A program made the position numbers and the translations under genes. DNA of 64,000 nt, taken from Eledone cirrhosa. Its lineage: Eukaryota. Where the stretch lies: assembly GCA_964016885.1 (NCBI GenBank), contig OZ024740.1, positions 54,374,001-54,438,000 of the forward strand. The letters are read 5' to 3'. Positions 1-13,129 of this stretch are shown here, one piece after another. The notes below the pieces were generated by a model. The model was not told the origin of the DNA. It was given only the letters and a program-made list of their open reading frames with translations, and searched no databases. Positions within the stretch are counted from its first letter, which is position 1. Each line of letters begins with the position of its first letter.

Positions 1-59
1 GAAATAATCAACAACATCTCGGATGTCTTCAGCAAGATATCTAAAACTTTCCTCAAATA

Positions 60-185
60 CTGGTCGCTCTCCGACAGGTTTGCGGTCGTACCCCTGGCAG
101 GGCTACCTCCTTACTCACCACCATAGACGTCCTCCGGGGAAACGCCTTCTTCATTCTGTCCGCCGGGGCTGTGGGTGGGCCCCAT
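60..185 (+). mobile_element. CRE-like (RLE-type) non-LTR retrotransposon 3' fragment, internally deleted
   Basis: 113-178 reads LTTIDVLRGNAFFILSAGAVGG, resembling the ..QRGNA.S.. C-terminus of CRE-clade ORFs. It shares two blocks with 27596-27730 (gggc.acctcc.ta.tcaccacca and c.tccgggga...attctgtccgccgggg). Confidence 0.5.
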
Positions 186-407
186 CGCGTACCGTTGTAG
201 TTGTTGCAGAAGAAACAGGAAGAAAACATCTAATCTAATATGTACTTCCTTAAAAAACTACGGTAAGCTTTGTTCATTAACATTAATCTTTAACGTCAAC
301 TTGACTAAATAATGACTTAAATTTGAAACCAGCTACTAAATAAGCTCTCTTACAGCAGATTGAGCACTGTTTCCCTTGAAATTCTCTCTACGGATTATAA
401 CCAAAAC

Positions 408-454
408 ACATACACATATATACAAACACACACACACATACACCCACACTCATA

Positions 455-528
<74 letters not shown>
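408..528. repeat. (CA)n followed by (TA)n microsatellite
   Basis: Directly visible; it explains the THTH/YIYI ORFs. Confidence 0.95.
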
Positions 529-1462
529 GTTACATTTGGGGACGGTCATATTGCCAATATTGACTGTAAAAAGACGTGCTATTTGGTTTTCACTTCAGCT
601 TTAATATTAGTTATTAGTTAGTTCGTCTCACATATTTTGGCCTCCTCAATGACGATTTAATTTCCAGTATGCTTCCTATTCTTTCTGGACATATTTTGTT
701 AACACTATCTTGATTTCTGTTGTACATTTCCCTGACTGCGCATTGAATTTGTGCTTTGTGTGCATGTGTGTGTCTTTCTGATTGGCATGTTTATGTGTCT
801 TCCTATACGTTTATGTTGTATTCTGTCCTCAGTCGCTAGGCTGTTTCGTGTGCGTGTTAGTATTCCATTCGTGTTCTGTGTTGAGTTTCGGTTTACTCTC
901 TGTTATTTCTTTCAACGTTGTGTCGGCTCTATGTAGAGATAGGATCTTTAATTCAATGTTATCTACTATTATGGTTTGTGAGTCAAAAATAACATAGTGT
1001 CTTGTTCGTTGACGCTACTCCTAGAAGCAAAGTAGCGTATCAATTTAAGAGAACCTCAGATAAACTGAACCTATGAATTAAAGTCCAGGGATGCACAAAA
1101 GATCCTTGATCCTTATGACATACACTATTAAGGATTACACCTTACCGATATTAACTGCGCAGTGTATAAATTAATCTCACCGGTAATGCAAAACTAGGAT
1201 TGCAATTTTTAAGATTAGGTATAAAAATGGAGAGTGCAGAAATATGACAATGACATATAGAGGTGAGACTGCCCATAGCATAGGAGAGAGAGATGAAAGG
1301 AAACTGGCGAGGACTCGAAGATAAAAAACAAAACATTCAGCAATGCTATACCAACATGGCAAAATAATATAACATGTAGGCTCAAAATAAAATATTAAAG
1401 TAAATATCCCATCCATATATAGAACCCTACACAAAGCTCAGACAAATTTAGGAGGTCAGTGT

Positions 1463-1653
1463 TATAATTGTTTCTACTTTTGGCACAAGGCCAGCAATTA
1501 CCCAGTACATTACTGGTACTTTATTTTATCGACCCCGTAAGGATGAAAGATAAAGTTAACCTCGACGAGATTTGAACTCAGACCGTAAAGAGACGTAACT
1601 ATGCTAGAAAGCATGGCGTCCAACCCTCTACCGATTCTGCCAATCCACCGCCC
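1463..1653 (-). mobile_element. tRNA-derived SINE, family A, near full length
   Basis: Minus strand: A-box-like tggcagaatcggtaga, B-box-like gagtttcaaatc region (gagttcaaatc), central ctttcatccttacggggtcgataaaataaagtacc block (resembles the Meta-type SINE core, from memory), and 3' gctggccttgtgccaaaagtagaaacaattat. About ten copies occur in the window. Confidence 0.85.
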
Positions 1654-2282
1654 TGGTCAGAGTTATAATAGTGTCTAGACCAAACTTCAATAGTACACAC
1701 GAATGGAATAGTAATACCCTCACAACCTAATGACAGAATAGATCACATAAAAAACCTTAACCTAACCTTAAAACTAATCATAACCAGCATCATCCGGTTT
1801 CCTGATTGCCTGTGCTACTTACATGCCATCAGATTAGTTAGTGAGGGATGCTGTCTGTACTACGGAGGGTATGTCTGAGAGATCCACTACAAATGATACT
1901 GGTCCCAAGACAGTTCCATGGGGCACACGGCTTGTTATTGATGTCTCCTTTGAGGGCCCCGCTGGGTGAAATAGTGTGGCTTCTTTCAATTAAGAAGTTA
2001 CGAAGCCATTCACCTGCTTTTATAACTATATGTATGCGGCTCTACGTTTCTGAGTGTATGATATTTCATAACACACTAACTCTATTAGTGATTATATTTA
2101 AAACCCGTAAATAAAGATAATTTCAGGTAAAGAAGTATTTGCCAACTATTCAGGATCATTGAGTTCTGGTGAAAATCCAGAGTAACAAGGCACACCACAT
2201 TAACATACTAAATTAATATTTAAACACTACAACATTATTGAGTACTTATACACGCGTCTAAAAACACATGCATGTATATACA

Positions 2283-2624
2283 CAGTTATCCCCCGGTATT
2301 CGCGGGTGTTACGTTCCTAGAGCACCTGCGAAGAGGGAAAAACCGCGAATATTGGACGTGGTAAATAAAAATGCCTATAAACGGCAAAATATAACGTAAA
2401 ATATAGTAAAAAAGAGGGAGCGTCTTATGCGAAGAGGCATCCATGAGGCCGGCAAAACGGTATATTGTTATCAATAATTTAGCGTTGAAAATATATATAT
2501 TGCCATGAAAAAGGCCATAAAAGAATCGGTGAATATGCGGTGGTTTCCAGGAACAATTATTCTAAGAACAATTATTCTAAGGTGAATTTGGGGAATAACC
2601 GGAGCTGGGAATATTGGGGATACA

Positions 2625-2627
<3 letters not shown>
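2283..2627. mobile_element. Tigger/pogo-like MITE
   Basis: Imperfect terminal inverted repeats cagttatcccccggtattc ... gaatattggggatacactg followed by TA. No ORF. Confidence 0.6.
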
Positions 2628-2678
<51 letters not shown>

Positions 2679-2769
2679 TGTATATATATATATATGTATA
2701 TTTATATATATATATGTGTATATATATATATACATAAGTGTGTGTGTATGTATGGGTGTATGTGTGTGT

Positions 2770-2849
<80 letters not shown>

Positions 2850-2850
2850 T
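2628..2850. repeat. (TA)n/(TG)n compound microsatellite
   Basis: Directly visible. Confidence 0.95.
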
Positions 2851-3478
2851 GTATGTGTATTTGCGTATGAAAAGTATACAACACCACAACAGATGATGAA
2901 ATTCAATGAAGATATATATTAGTTTCACGCTTAATATAATCGGAATAGTGCTAAAGTTACATTATATAGAATGAGAAATTAAAGAAGAAATGATAAGATA
3001 GGGGAGAGTTAATAGGGGCAGAAGTGAAGAACACCTTTTGATAAACATACACAAATAGATACACAACAGGACGTAATCACACACAGATATTTATGTTTGT
3101 ATATTTCTATAATTCGTCTCTAGGTGTCTAGATGTGTGTGTATGTATGCAAGGGTTCTTGTGTGTCTGGTTTTTCTGGCATTCTTGTAAATCTAAATGTG
3201 TGTACGTCTGTGTATAATATTTTAATATATTCTTAAATCATTTTGATTCACAGCTCTCATAAATGAATAGAGACACACATACGGACGGGCACACACACAC
3301 ACGCACACATGACGACACATTCAGATACATAGACACACACACACACACACACACTTAGATGTATACCTGTACAAAGAGAGAGAAAGAAACATAACGCGTG
3401 AGTTAGATAGATAGATGTATAGCACAGATAGACAGACAGATAAAAGGATATATATATATATATACATATATGTGTGTC

Positions 3479-3583
<105 letters not shown>

Positions 3584-4012
3584 TAATTGATTGATATCGA
3601 AGCTTTGAGATACAGATGCCTGAAAGATAGTAAGGTGGATACGAAAGGAAAATGAAGGATATGAAATTAACGATTAATATATATGAATATATAATTGTAT
3701 GAATTATTGATGCATCTATATTCGCATTCATACTGTTTATTTAATTTTCTTAGCCTCATACCCTTGAACCATATCGTCATTAATTATATATCTAGCTTAT
3801 CTTAATTTATCTGATCATAACTATAAAATGATACATTAGTTGTCAACCAATATATGAATGACGAAATATACTTATATACTTGTAACGCCCCGCATAGGAC
3901 TCTGGAAACTCATTAGGAATTCAGTCCACACTTTGCTATTTTCTATCCACTGAATTATTTTTTAATAAGTTTCCAGAGTCCTCGCTTTGCCTGGTAACTT
4001 GGATGAAAATAG

Positions 4013-4094
4013 ACTTCCCTGACGACGGAATGCTTTTCCGTATCTTCTTCGGAAAATATATTTACTCCATTCCAGAAACTAATTAGTTGGAAGT
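4013..4094 (+). ncRNA. Type I hammerhead ribozyme motif
   Basis: acttcc-CTGACGA-cggaatg...cattcca-GAAA-ctaattag-TT-ggaagt. Stem I acttcc/ggaagt, stem II ggaatg/cattcc, palindromic stem III. Confidence 0.8.
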
Positions 4095-4263
4095 GATATT
4101 TTAGTAAGTAAGTTAATTTTATAATTTTCTTATTTTACGTTTCTCATATTATTGTTCTGCAACCCCATGCATTGAACCACAATGTTACTAAGACAAAACC
4201 TATATATTTGCTAGCATTGATATGCATCTGTATGTATATATATGTTACTAGATATAAATTCTT

Positions 4264-4313
<50 letters not shown>

Positions 4314-4356
4314 TAGATAGATATACATACATATATATATATATAGATATATGTAA

Positions 4357-4431
<75 letters not shown>

Positions 4432-4459
4432 AACAAAAGATGGTTAAAAGAGTTCCATG

Positions 4460-4530
4460 TATTTTATTATGCGCATTTCAAAAACAAATATCATCATGCA
4501 ATAATATTTGTGTTTTCATCAGATAAAATA
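4460..4530 (-). ncRNA. Type I hammerhead ribozyme motif, intact core
   Basis: Reverse complement: tattttat-CTGATGA-aaacacaaatattat...gatatttgttttt-GAAA-tgcgca-TA-ataaaata. 8-bp stem I, long stem II, palindromic stem III. Confidence 0.85.
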
Positions 4531-4852
4531 GGAAGACTTGATATGAAGGTTAAAAAACACTTGTGGATAGTGCTGTTTAAAATCAACATATCATTGAAAT
4601 GCGCATAATAAAATACATGGAACTCTTTTAACCATCTTTTGTTCTTATATATTATGTATACTCCAGTCCTACAAACTGTAGAGTGCTTCTTATCCGATAT
4701 CTGCATTGCTTTATTGTACTACAATAAAACTCACCTCCTACATATATATATATATACATATATATATATACACATATGTGTGCGTAGCTGGGTGGGTGCG
4801 TGAGTGAGTATATATACACACATTTGCATATCTATATATCCCTGTGTATATG

Positions 4853-4959
<107 letters not shown>

Positions 4960-4984
4960 GTATATATATATATATATATTATAT

Positions 4985-5590
4985 CAGGTCACCAGCTGGT
5001 GCTACTGGTAACATGTATCCCAGTACAACCTGTGTCATGGTCGGGTCGTTGGCGACAAAACTGGCAACCCCACCAACGTTTCTTGGTGAGGAGGGTGACT
5101 TTGGACATCCTGCAGGACTAAAAACAAAACCTGTCAAAGGGCAAAGGAGCTCTTAAGAGTCAATGGCCATCCAAAATCACTGGGAGAGATGACCCCTTAG
5201 CCTTTGTCAAGGCAGAATTCTAGGAGAAGGAAAACTATGATATAACACCTGCAACCCTGATGGTATCCAATGATGTTGATTTGTTCTTCTTTTTGGTAAA
5301 TATCATCTTGGTTAAGAGAGTGGGACTGGCTTTGTGCATTGCCTTTGCTCACTATAAAAGCTTCGCCGCACAGGCATTGCTTTATATCTGGAGATCTCTC
5401 TGCACTCGTCGTCACATGGTACCATGGGCCCAGCACTATGTATCAATAATTGTCACAAGTGTAGTGTTTGTACTAGAGTTTTCAAGTCGCTGGCTGGACT
5501 AAAAAGTCACACTCATTCAGCGCATTGGTAGGGGTTCTCCTACATGGATTTAAAGTAGTGGCCGTACTCGAAAACGAGTTGGCAGCCACC
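4985..5590 (+). mobile_element. ~600-bp non-autonomous retroelement, probably RTE-derived, copy 1
   Basis: Highly similar to 7426-8030 and flanked by (TA)n. Contains ctaggagaaggaaaact.tgatataa, which resembles RTE-clade 5' UTRs (from memory). Ends in the stem-loop gtggc..actcg-aaaa-cgagt..gccac. Confidence 0.6.
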
Positions 5591-5591
5591 A

Positions 5592-5736
<145 letters not shown>

Positions 5737-6495
5737 GAATGTATAAGTCAACAAATAAATTTACATTTGAAGAACTTACTTGTTATGTAACGACAATACT
5801 TGTATTTAAAATTGATAGGATAAAATGTGTTTTGACAGACTTATTACAGAAAAAAAAGAGAACTGACACAATAATTGAATGAAATACACAAATATAATAA
5901 TTCTATTTTTTCTTGACTTTTATAATTTTTCATTTAGAATACGACAAACATGACATTTGATCAAATTGACATTATAAAATCTATCATTAACTCTCAAATC
6001 AACGTTTTCCATATACTAAATAATATATATTTGATATATCTTTAATATTACCACTTACATTGAATTTGTCTTAAAATACGCAAAATTTAGTGTTTACAAT
6101 AAGAATAATAAAGGTTTCATTTCCATCGATTATATATCTCTTTTCATTTACGATTCTAAATCTTTAGCAAATATTATAGTTAGTTATTTCAAAATATGAT
6201 TTATATAAAAAATACTACGTATTATTGGTTTGGCATCATATTTAGAGATAATTAAGTAACATAAATGAAATTAGATATAGATCAGAAGAGTAATATAATC
6301 CTTAAATAAAATATTGAATTGTTTGAAATATATATGCAATAGTAAGTGTTACTACATCACAGTCTTCAATTTGTCAAGCTTTCTAACGTATGTTATTACT
6401 CTCAGTTGACACAACCTTATCGAATGCTTTGCTGCACATTCTTGATTGTATAACGTTAGCTTGGCCACAGTCAAAACTTCGATTTTACTAAACTT

Positions 6496-6571
<76 letters not shown>

Positions 6572-6599
6572 TATATACATATACATACACATATATTTT

Positions 6600-6787
6600 G
6601 TTGACAGTCCATCGATTTTCATCAAATCGGACAGTGGAAACAACGTTCCCATAGGTCTTTCCAATTGCTAATATTATCTATCGGTCGCAACTCCATGTAG
6701 AGGGAACAACGTGTCTTGCTCAAATACATACCGCAACACCTGGTAGGGAATCGAACTCACGATTGCGAATACAGTTCTCTAACCACT
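6600..6787 (-). mobile_element. tRNA-derived SINE, family B (CORE-like), decayed
   Basis: Minus strand: agtggttagag (A box) ... gagttcgattccc (B box) ... ttgagcaagacac (CORE-like block). Confidence 0.6.
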
Positions 6788-6808
6788 CTCTCTCTCTCTC
6801 TCTCTCTC

Positions 6809-6904
<96 letters not shown>

Positions 6905-7236
6905 GAGCTTATATATATATATGTAGAGCTTATATTTAATTTGGGATACAACACGCAAAATATTTTTATAACTGATATAAAGCACTCAACAAATCTTTCT
7001 CTTTTTTCTCTTTTTTCTCTTTTTTTCTCTTTTTTCTCTTTCTTCCTCTTTCTTTTCTGTTTTTTCCCTATTCCGACGGCTTAATTTAAATATACTGTTT
7101 TTAAACCTTTCCAACACTATTTTGCATAATAAACCAACAATAAATCTAATAACTCCACTATCCAGGAGATTTCAACCAGAATGGTTGCATTTTTTACGGG
7201 TATGTCAATATTTATTTATAAAACTACCCTATATTA

Positions 7237-7302
7237 TATTTTATCTGATGAAAGCGCACCATAGTTTGCTCTGGTGGCCCTTGAAATATGTCTAATGAAA
7301 TA
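7237..7302 (+). ncRNA. Hammerhead motif with decayed stem III
   Basis: tattttat-CTGATGA-aag..cacca...tggtg..ctt-GAAA-tatgtc-TA-atgaaata. Confidence 0.55.
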
Positions 7303-7344
7303 AATATGGTTTTATAAATATAGTTTCCATTTATTAATATATTG

Positions 7345-7378
<34 letters not shown>

Positions 7379-7425
7379 TGTATGTATGTATGTATGTATG
7401 TATGTATGTATGTATGTATGTATGT

Positions 7426-8028
7426 CAAGTCACCAGTTGGTTCTACTGGTAACATGTATCCCAGTACAACCTGTCTCATGGTCGGGTAGTTGGCGACTAA
7501 ACTGGCAACCCACCAAGGTTTCTTGGTGAGGAGGGTGACTTTGGACATCCTGCAGTACTACAAACAAAACCTGTCAAAGGGCAAAGGAGCTCTTAAGAGT
7601 GAATGGCCATCCCAAATCACCGGGAGAGATGACCCTTCAGCCTTTGTCAAGGCAGAATTCTAGGAGAAGGAAAACTCTGATATAACACCTGCAACCCTGA
7701 TGGTATCCAATGATGTTGACTTGTTCTTGTTTTTGGTAAATATCACCTTGGTGAAGAGAGTGGGACTGGCTTTGTGCAGAGCCTTTGCTCACTATAAAGG
7801 CTTCACGGCACAAGCATTGCTTTATATCTGGAGATCTCTCTGCACTTGTCGTCCCATGGTACCATGGGCCAGGCACTATGTGTCAATAATTGTCACAAGT
7901 GTAGTGTTTGTACCAGAACTCTCAAGTCGCTGGCTGGACTAAAAAGTCACACTCGTTCAGCGCATCGATAGGGGTTCTCCTATACGGATATAAAGTAGTG
8001 GCCGTACTCGAAAACGAGTTGGCAGCCA

Positions 8029-8030
<2 letters not shown>
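7426..8030 (+). mobile_element. ~600-bp non-autonomous retroelement, probably RTE-derived, copy 2
   Basis: Colinear with 4985-5590, with the same ends. Preceded by (ATGT)n and followed by (TA)n. Confidence 0.6.
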
Positions 8031-8095
<65 letters not shown>

Positions 8096-8260
8096 ATAGT
8101 GATAGCTGTGGCTGGTTTGACCTACCTCCTTCTGCCTCTATCTTTGCTTCGGCCCTTGATAAACCTCTTTCTACATCATCCTCTCTCATCCCAGGAACAG
8201 TTTTGATAGCGCTAGTTCGTAATTTAAATTCAGGAATTTTATATTCTTCGAATGAAAAGA

Positions 8261-8343
8261 ACCTTCTGACGAGAATCTTTCTTTGCAACGAAGGCCGTAT
8301 GGTCTCCGTTTATTTTTGGGATTCGAAACCGATCGGTAAAGGT
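8261..8343 (+). ncRNA. Type I hammerhead ribozyme motif
   Basis: acctt-CTGACGA-gaatc...gattc-GAAA-ccgatcgg-TA-aaggt. Confidence 0.85.
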
Positions 8344-8431
8344 AACTATAGTAGGTAAAGTCAATTTTTAAAAATTTATTTTGAAACTTTTTCATTATTT
8401 GCTAAACCTTTTATATATATATATATACATA

Positions 8432-8520
<89 letters not shown>

Positions 8521-8532
8521 GTATATATATAC

Positions 8533-8564
<32 letters not shown>

Positions 8565-8566
8565 TC

Positions 8567-8695
<129 letters not shown>

Positions 8696-8759
8696 GTTTA
8701 GTAAATAATTAAAAAGTTTCAAAATAAATTTTTAAAAATTGACTTTACCTACTATAGTT

Positions 8760-8843
8760 ACCTTTACCGATCGGTTTCGAATCCCAAAAATAAAACGGAG
8801 ACCATACGGCCTTCGTTGCAAAGAAAGATTCTCGTCAGAAGGT
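8760..8843 (-). ncRNA. Type I hammerhead ribozyme motif (inverted copy of 8261-8343)
   Basis: Same core and stems on the minus strand. Confidence 0.85.
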
Positions 8844-9198
8844 TCTTTTCATTCGAAGAATATAAAATTCCTGAATTTAAATCACAAACTAGCGCTATCA
8901 AAAACTGTTCCTGGGATGAGAGTAGATGATGTAGAACAGGTTTATCAAGGGCCGTAGCAAAGATAGAGGCAAAAGGAGGTAGGTCAAACTAGCCACAGCT
9001 ATTGCTAGCAGCAGTCAGAACGACCAAATTTGTTCTCAACGTTAGTGGAGGTAGTAGTAATAGGAAATACGTTCCTTCACGCACAAGGCGCCAAGGTACG
9101 CATGTATTGTCCAACCAAATGCCAGTGTGGTTCAATGGCGGGTTAATAAATTAACGAGCCAGAACAAATATAAACAAGGTTTAAATGTATATATATAC

Positions 9199-9257
<59 letters not shown>

Positions 9258-9284
9258 TATATTAAGATTTACATATACAAAAAG

Positions 9285-9371
<87 letters not shown>

Positions 9372-9398
9372 GTATATATATACATATATATATATATG

Positions 9399-9540
<142 letters not shown>

Positions 9541-9860
9541 AACTCACATATATAAATGTGGCAACCGTTCACGATGTGGCTCAATGAAGAATTAATAAAT
9601 AAAGCCACATCGTGAACGGTTTCCACATTTATATCTGTGAGTTTATGTATATGTAAATCTTTATATTTAATAATCTCTCGTTGGGTTGAGATGCAATTTG
9701 GGCGATATTGAGCTGCGCTTTCTAGGAACCAGCCTCCTCGCCGTAAGCAACTAATCACATTCTTTCTAACTTGACCACTGCCACGTCACGATTCTTACCC
9801 ATTTTTTAAATCTATTTCTGGCGGGATCGCTTTGGAAAATTAACTGTCCTATTGACTTTT

Positions 9861-9939
9861 TGTCTCCTGATGAGTTCGATACTCTAGATTTATCCTTAAT
9901 AGGATGTCTCAAAATACGAACATAACCATGGTAGGGATA
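9861..9939 (+). ncRNA. Decayed hammerhead motif
   Basis: tgtctc-CTGATGA-gttcg...cgaac-(ATAA in place of GAAA)-ccatgg-TA-gggata. Confidence 0.5.
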
Positions 9940-10212
9940 TAATTACGGTATGTACCCATTTCTTCTAACTTTAAATTTATACCTAATTGTGTATGGTTGA
10001 CGGTATATTTAGTCGATTTCTACATGCTGTTGAAATGTTGGGTAAATACTCTAGTGTGGTCAACCGCGCAGAGGCTGCTTTCGGTTATTTATCAAGTATT
10101 TCTTCATAGGAGCCTTTATTCTTATAGCCTGGTCTAATTCATTTATTATATTATGCTAATTGGGAGAGGAAGTAGTATATATTTTATCTAATAATTCTAA
10201 GGACATGATTTA

Positions 10213-10258
<46 letters not shown>

Positions 10259-10475
10259 GCGATAATATTGCTATATACTGAACTCCATACATTTTTGTTG
10301 AGTTTTATTTTGGAATGTATTGACTGCTGTTTCTTGTAAACAGACATTCATCTCATTCTGACGTCACCAGCTCTGTTCTCCATGTGTGTTTATTATCCAC
10401 ATGAGGTGCACTAGCCTGCTATTAAATTCCCTTTCTGGCATATTTTAGCAGTGATTTTTGGTTATCATGTTTTGA

Positions 10476-10556
10476 GCTCTACTGATGAACGACTCCAACC
10501 CTGACTAATCCCACTGAAATGTTTCGTGAAATAGTCTTTTTAAGACTATATAGAGC
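10476..10556 (+). ncRNA. Type I hammerhead ribozyme motif with a full stem III hairpin
   Basis: gctcta-CTGATGA-acga...tcgt-GAAA-tagtctt-ttt-aagacta-TA-tagagc. All three stems are perfectly paired. Confidence 0.9.
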
Positions 10557-10830
10557 ATTTGTAGTTTTTCCAAATTGAAGGATGATTATTTAAACTTTAT
10601 TTTACTCTGAGTTAAGACTCTATTGGTTTTTTCCCTGCAATTCACAAAATCTGTGGTTAACATTTCTGTCTTGACTTTTTTTGAATTGAGTTTGAATTAT
10701 TTTCCCATATCTTACGTTAAATGTTTTCCATTTTGACGTTGTGGTAACTTATATATTATGAAATATTGTTGGTCAGTCGTCTCTGATTTTCGGACCCATG
10801 GTTTTTTACATATTCCTTTGTTATATTCCA

Positions 10831-10888
10831 ATAGCTGATGATATCAACGGATTCCTATGGAACCCGGTCATTGAAATGATCATATTAT
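10831..10888 (+). ncRNA. Decayed hammerhead motif
   Basis: atag-CTGATGA-...-GAAA-tgatca-TA-ttat. Stem II is poorly paired. Confidence 0.5.
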
Positions 10889-10936
10889 AATAAACCGTTC
10901 AAGGATTTACACCAGTCTAACCTCCTGTTATTTTAT

Positions 10937-10983
<47 letters not shown>

Positions 10984-11083
10984 TATACAAAAAACGGTTA
11001 ATTCATAGCAAAACTCAAAAATATATATGTATATATATATATATATACATATGTATATATATATATGTATGTATATATTTATA

Positions 11084-11199
<116 letters not shown>

Positions 11200-11526
11200 T
11201 GTGTGTGTGTGTGTGTGTGTTTATATATTTGTAGAGAGAGAGGATAGCGAGAGATAGAGAGAGAGAGGGAGTCGGTGAGATTGATCAGGAGTTTCAAGAC
11301 TCGAAACATGTAGCGACGTAACCTCTATCTACTTGTTGATATACCGGTCTACCACTAATAATCAACCCTCTGAAACGATCGTAAAAGATTGAACTAATTA
11401 ACTAAGTATCTGTGACTTTTGTTTCTTTTCATTGTGCAATACACACACTCCGGACGAAAATGTACTAACTTTTCTCACCACGAAGTAATAATACAATGAT
11501 ATAGCAATATCTATATCTATATATGC

Positions 11527-11557
<31 letters not shown>

Positions 11558-11565
11558 TATAAATG

Positions 11566-11813
<248 letters not shown>

Positions 11814-11820
11814 TATATCA

Positions 11821-12651
11821 ACAAATTAATGGCGAAACAGATCACTTCGGATTTGTACGTGTGTTATATAGCTATAGAGGTATTTATTTACGCTTTAATT
11901 TAGATTTTTAATTATCGTGTCTATATTCTGCCTTCCATAGATTATAGATTCCATACACTGGTGGTTTTTCCCTGTTTTATTGATGGCGCACTGTATCTCT
12001 CTCTAGTGTTTTACCTTTTCAACATATTGTATTCTAAAGTGCCCACGATTTCCTCTCCGTTGAGCACATTATTTACAGGGAACGGCGGGAGACTATGGCT
12101 CCGTTAATGTATCGTGATATTTCGCTCCTTATAACAGTCTTTCCTCTCTCTGTTTAGTTGAGCACACTTCTCTGAGTGGTTTTGTGCTTCCCTTTCTAGC
12201 AGCTCGTCCCTCAGAGACCCTGGTTCGCTGCCCTTAAAAACCCTGTGACTTCTCTCTCCCACGTGTAGTTAGACGGTCGCTTTAAAAATTATCTTAGTGT
12301 TGTCTGAAATGTATGGCCTAACACACGCTGATGAACGTGGGTTATTTCACTTCTCTAAAACAACTTAATGGCGAAACAGATCACTTCGGATTTGTACGTG
12401 TGTTATATAGTTATAGAGGTATTTATTTACGCTTTAATTTATATTTTTAATTATCGTGTCAATATTCTGCCTTCCATAGGTTACAGATTCCATACACTGG
12501 TGGTTTTTCCCTGTTTTATTGATGGCGCAGTGTATCGCTCTCTAGTGTGTTACCTCTTCAACATATTATATTCCAAAGTGCCCAGGATTTCCGCTCCTTT
12601 GAGCACGTTATTTACAGGGAACGGCGAGAGTCTATGGCTCCGTTAATGTAT

Positions 12652-12660
<9 letters not shown>
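11821..12660 (+). repeat. Partial tandem repeat, 539-bp period (~1.55 units), bounded by (TA)n
   Basis: 11826-12120 is repeated at 12365-12659. The GAAACAGATC motif occurs at 11834 and 12373. Confidence 0.9.
12320..12404 (+). ncRNA. Type I hammerhead ribozyme motif at the repeat junction
   Basis: aacacacg-CTGATGA-...-GAAA-cagatc-acttcg-gatttg-TA-cgtgtgtt. 8-bp stem I and 6-bp stem III; stem II is weak. Confidence 0.75.
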
Positions 12661-12715
<55 letters not shown>

Positions 12716-12805
12716 AGCTTGAAACCGCGGTAAAGGCACATAGAGTAAGTACAGCGAATTTTTTAAAATGTATTTTATAACTTTTTCTCTATTTGCTAGT
12801 CATTG

Positions 12806-12906
<101 letters not shown>

Positions 12907-13049
12907 CAAAGTGAGATGTGTGTAAATAATTATTACAAGTGAGTTTTACCGTTACTGTATAGAGAACAATATCTATTCTATTCTTCTTTGAGCTAATACT
13001 ATTATTATTATTACTGTGAACTGCGGAATACTCTTAATTCCGATCTTTG

Positions 13050-13095
<46 letters not shown>

Positions 13096-13129
13096 TATAC
13101 ATATATTTATATATATATATATATTCGCA

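Noticed and set aside
4985-5080. HDV-like ribozyme at the 5' end of the RTE-like element
   Set aside because: A P1-like pairing exists, but I could not identify P1.1, P2 or the catalytic J4/2 strand by eye.
11270-11390. Two GAAA-palindrome-TA segments (gaaacatgta, gaaacgatcgta)
   Set aside because: No recognisable CTGA.GA strand; at most these are relic half-motifs, so they were not annotated as ribozymes.
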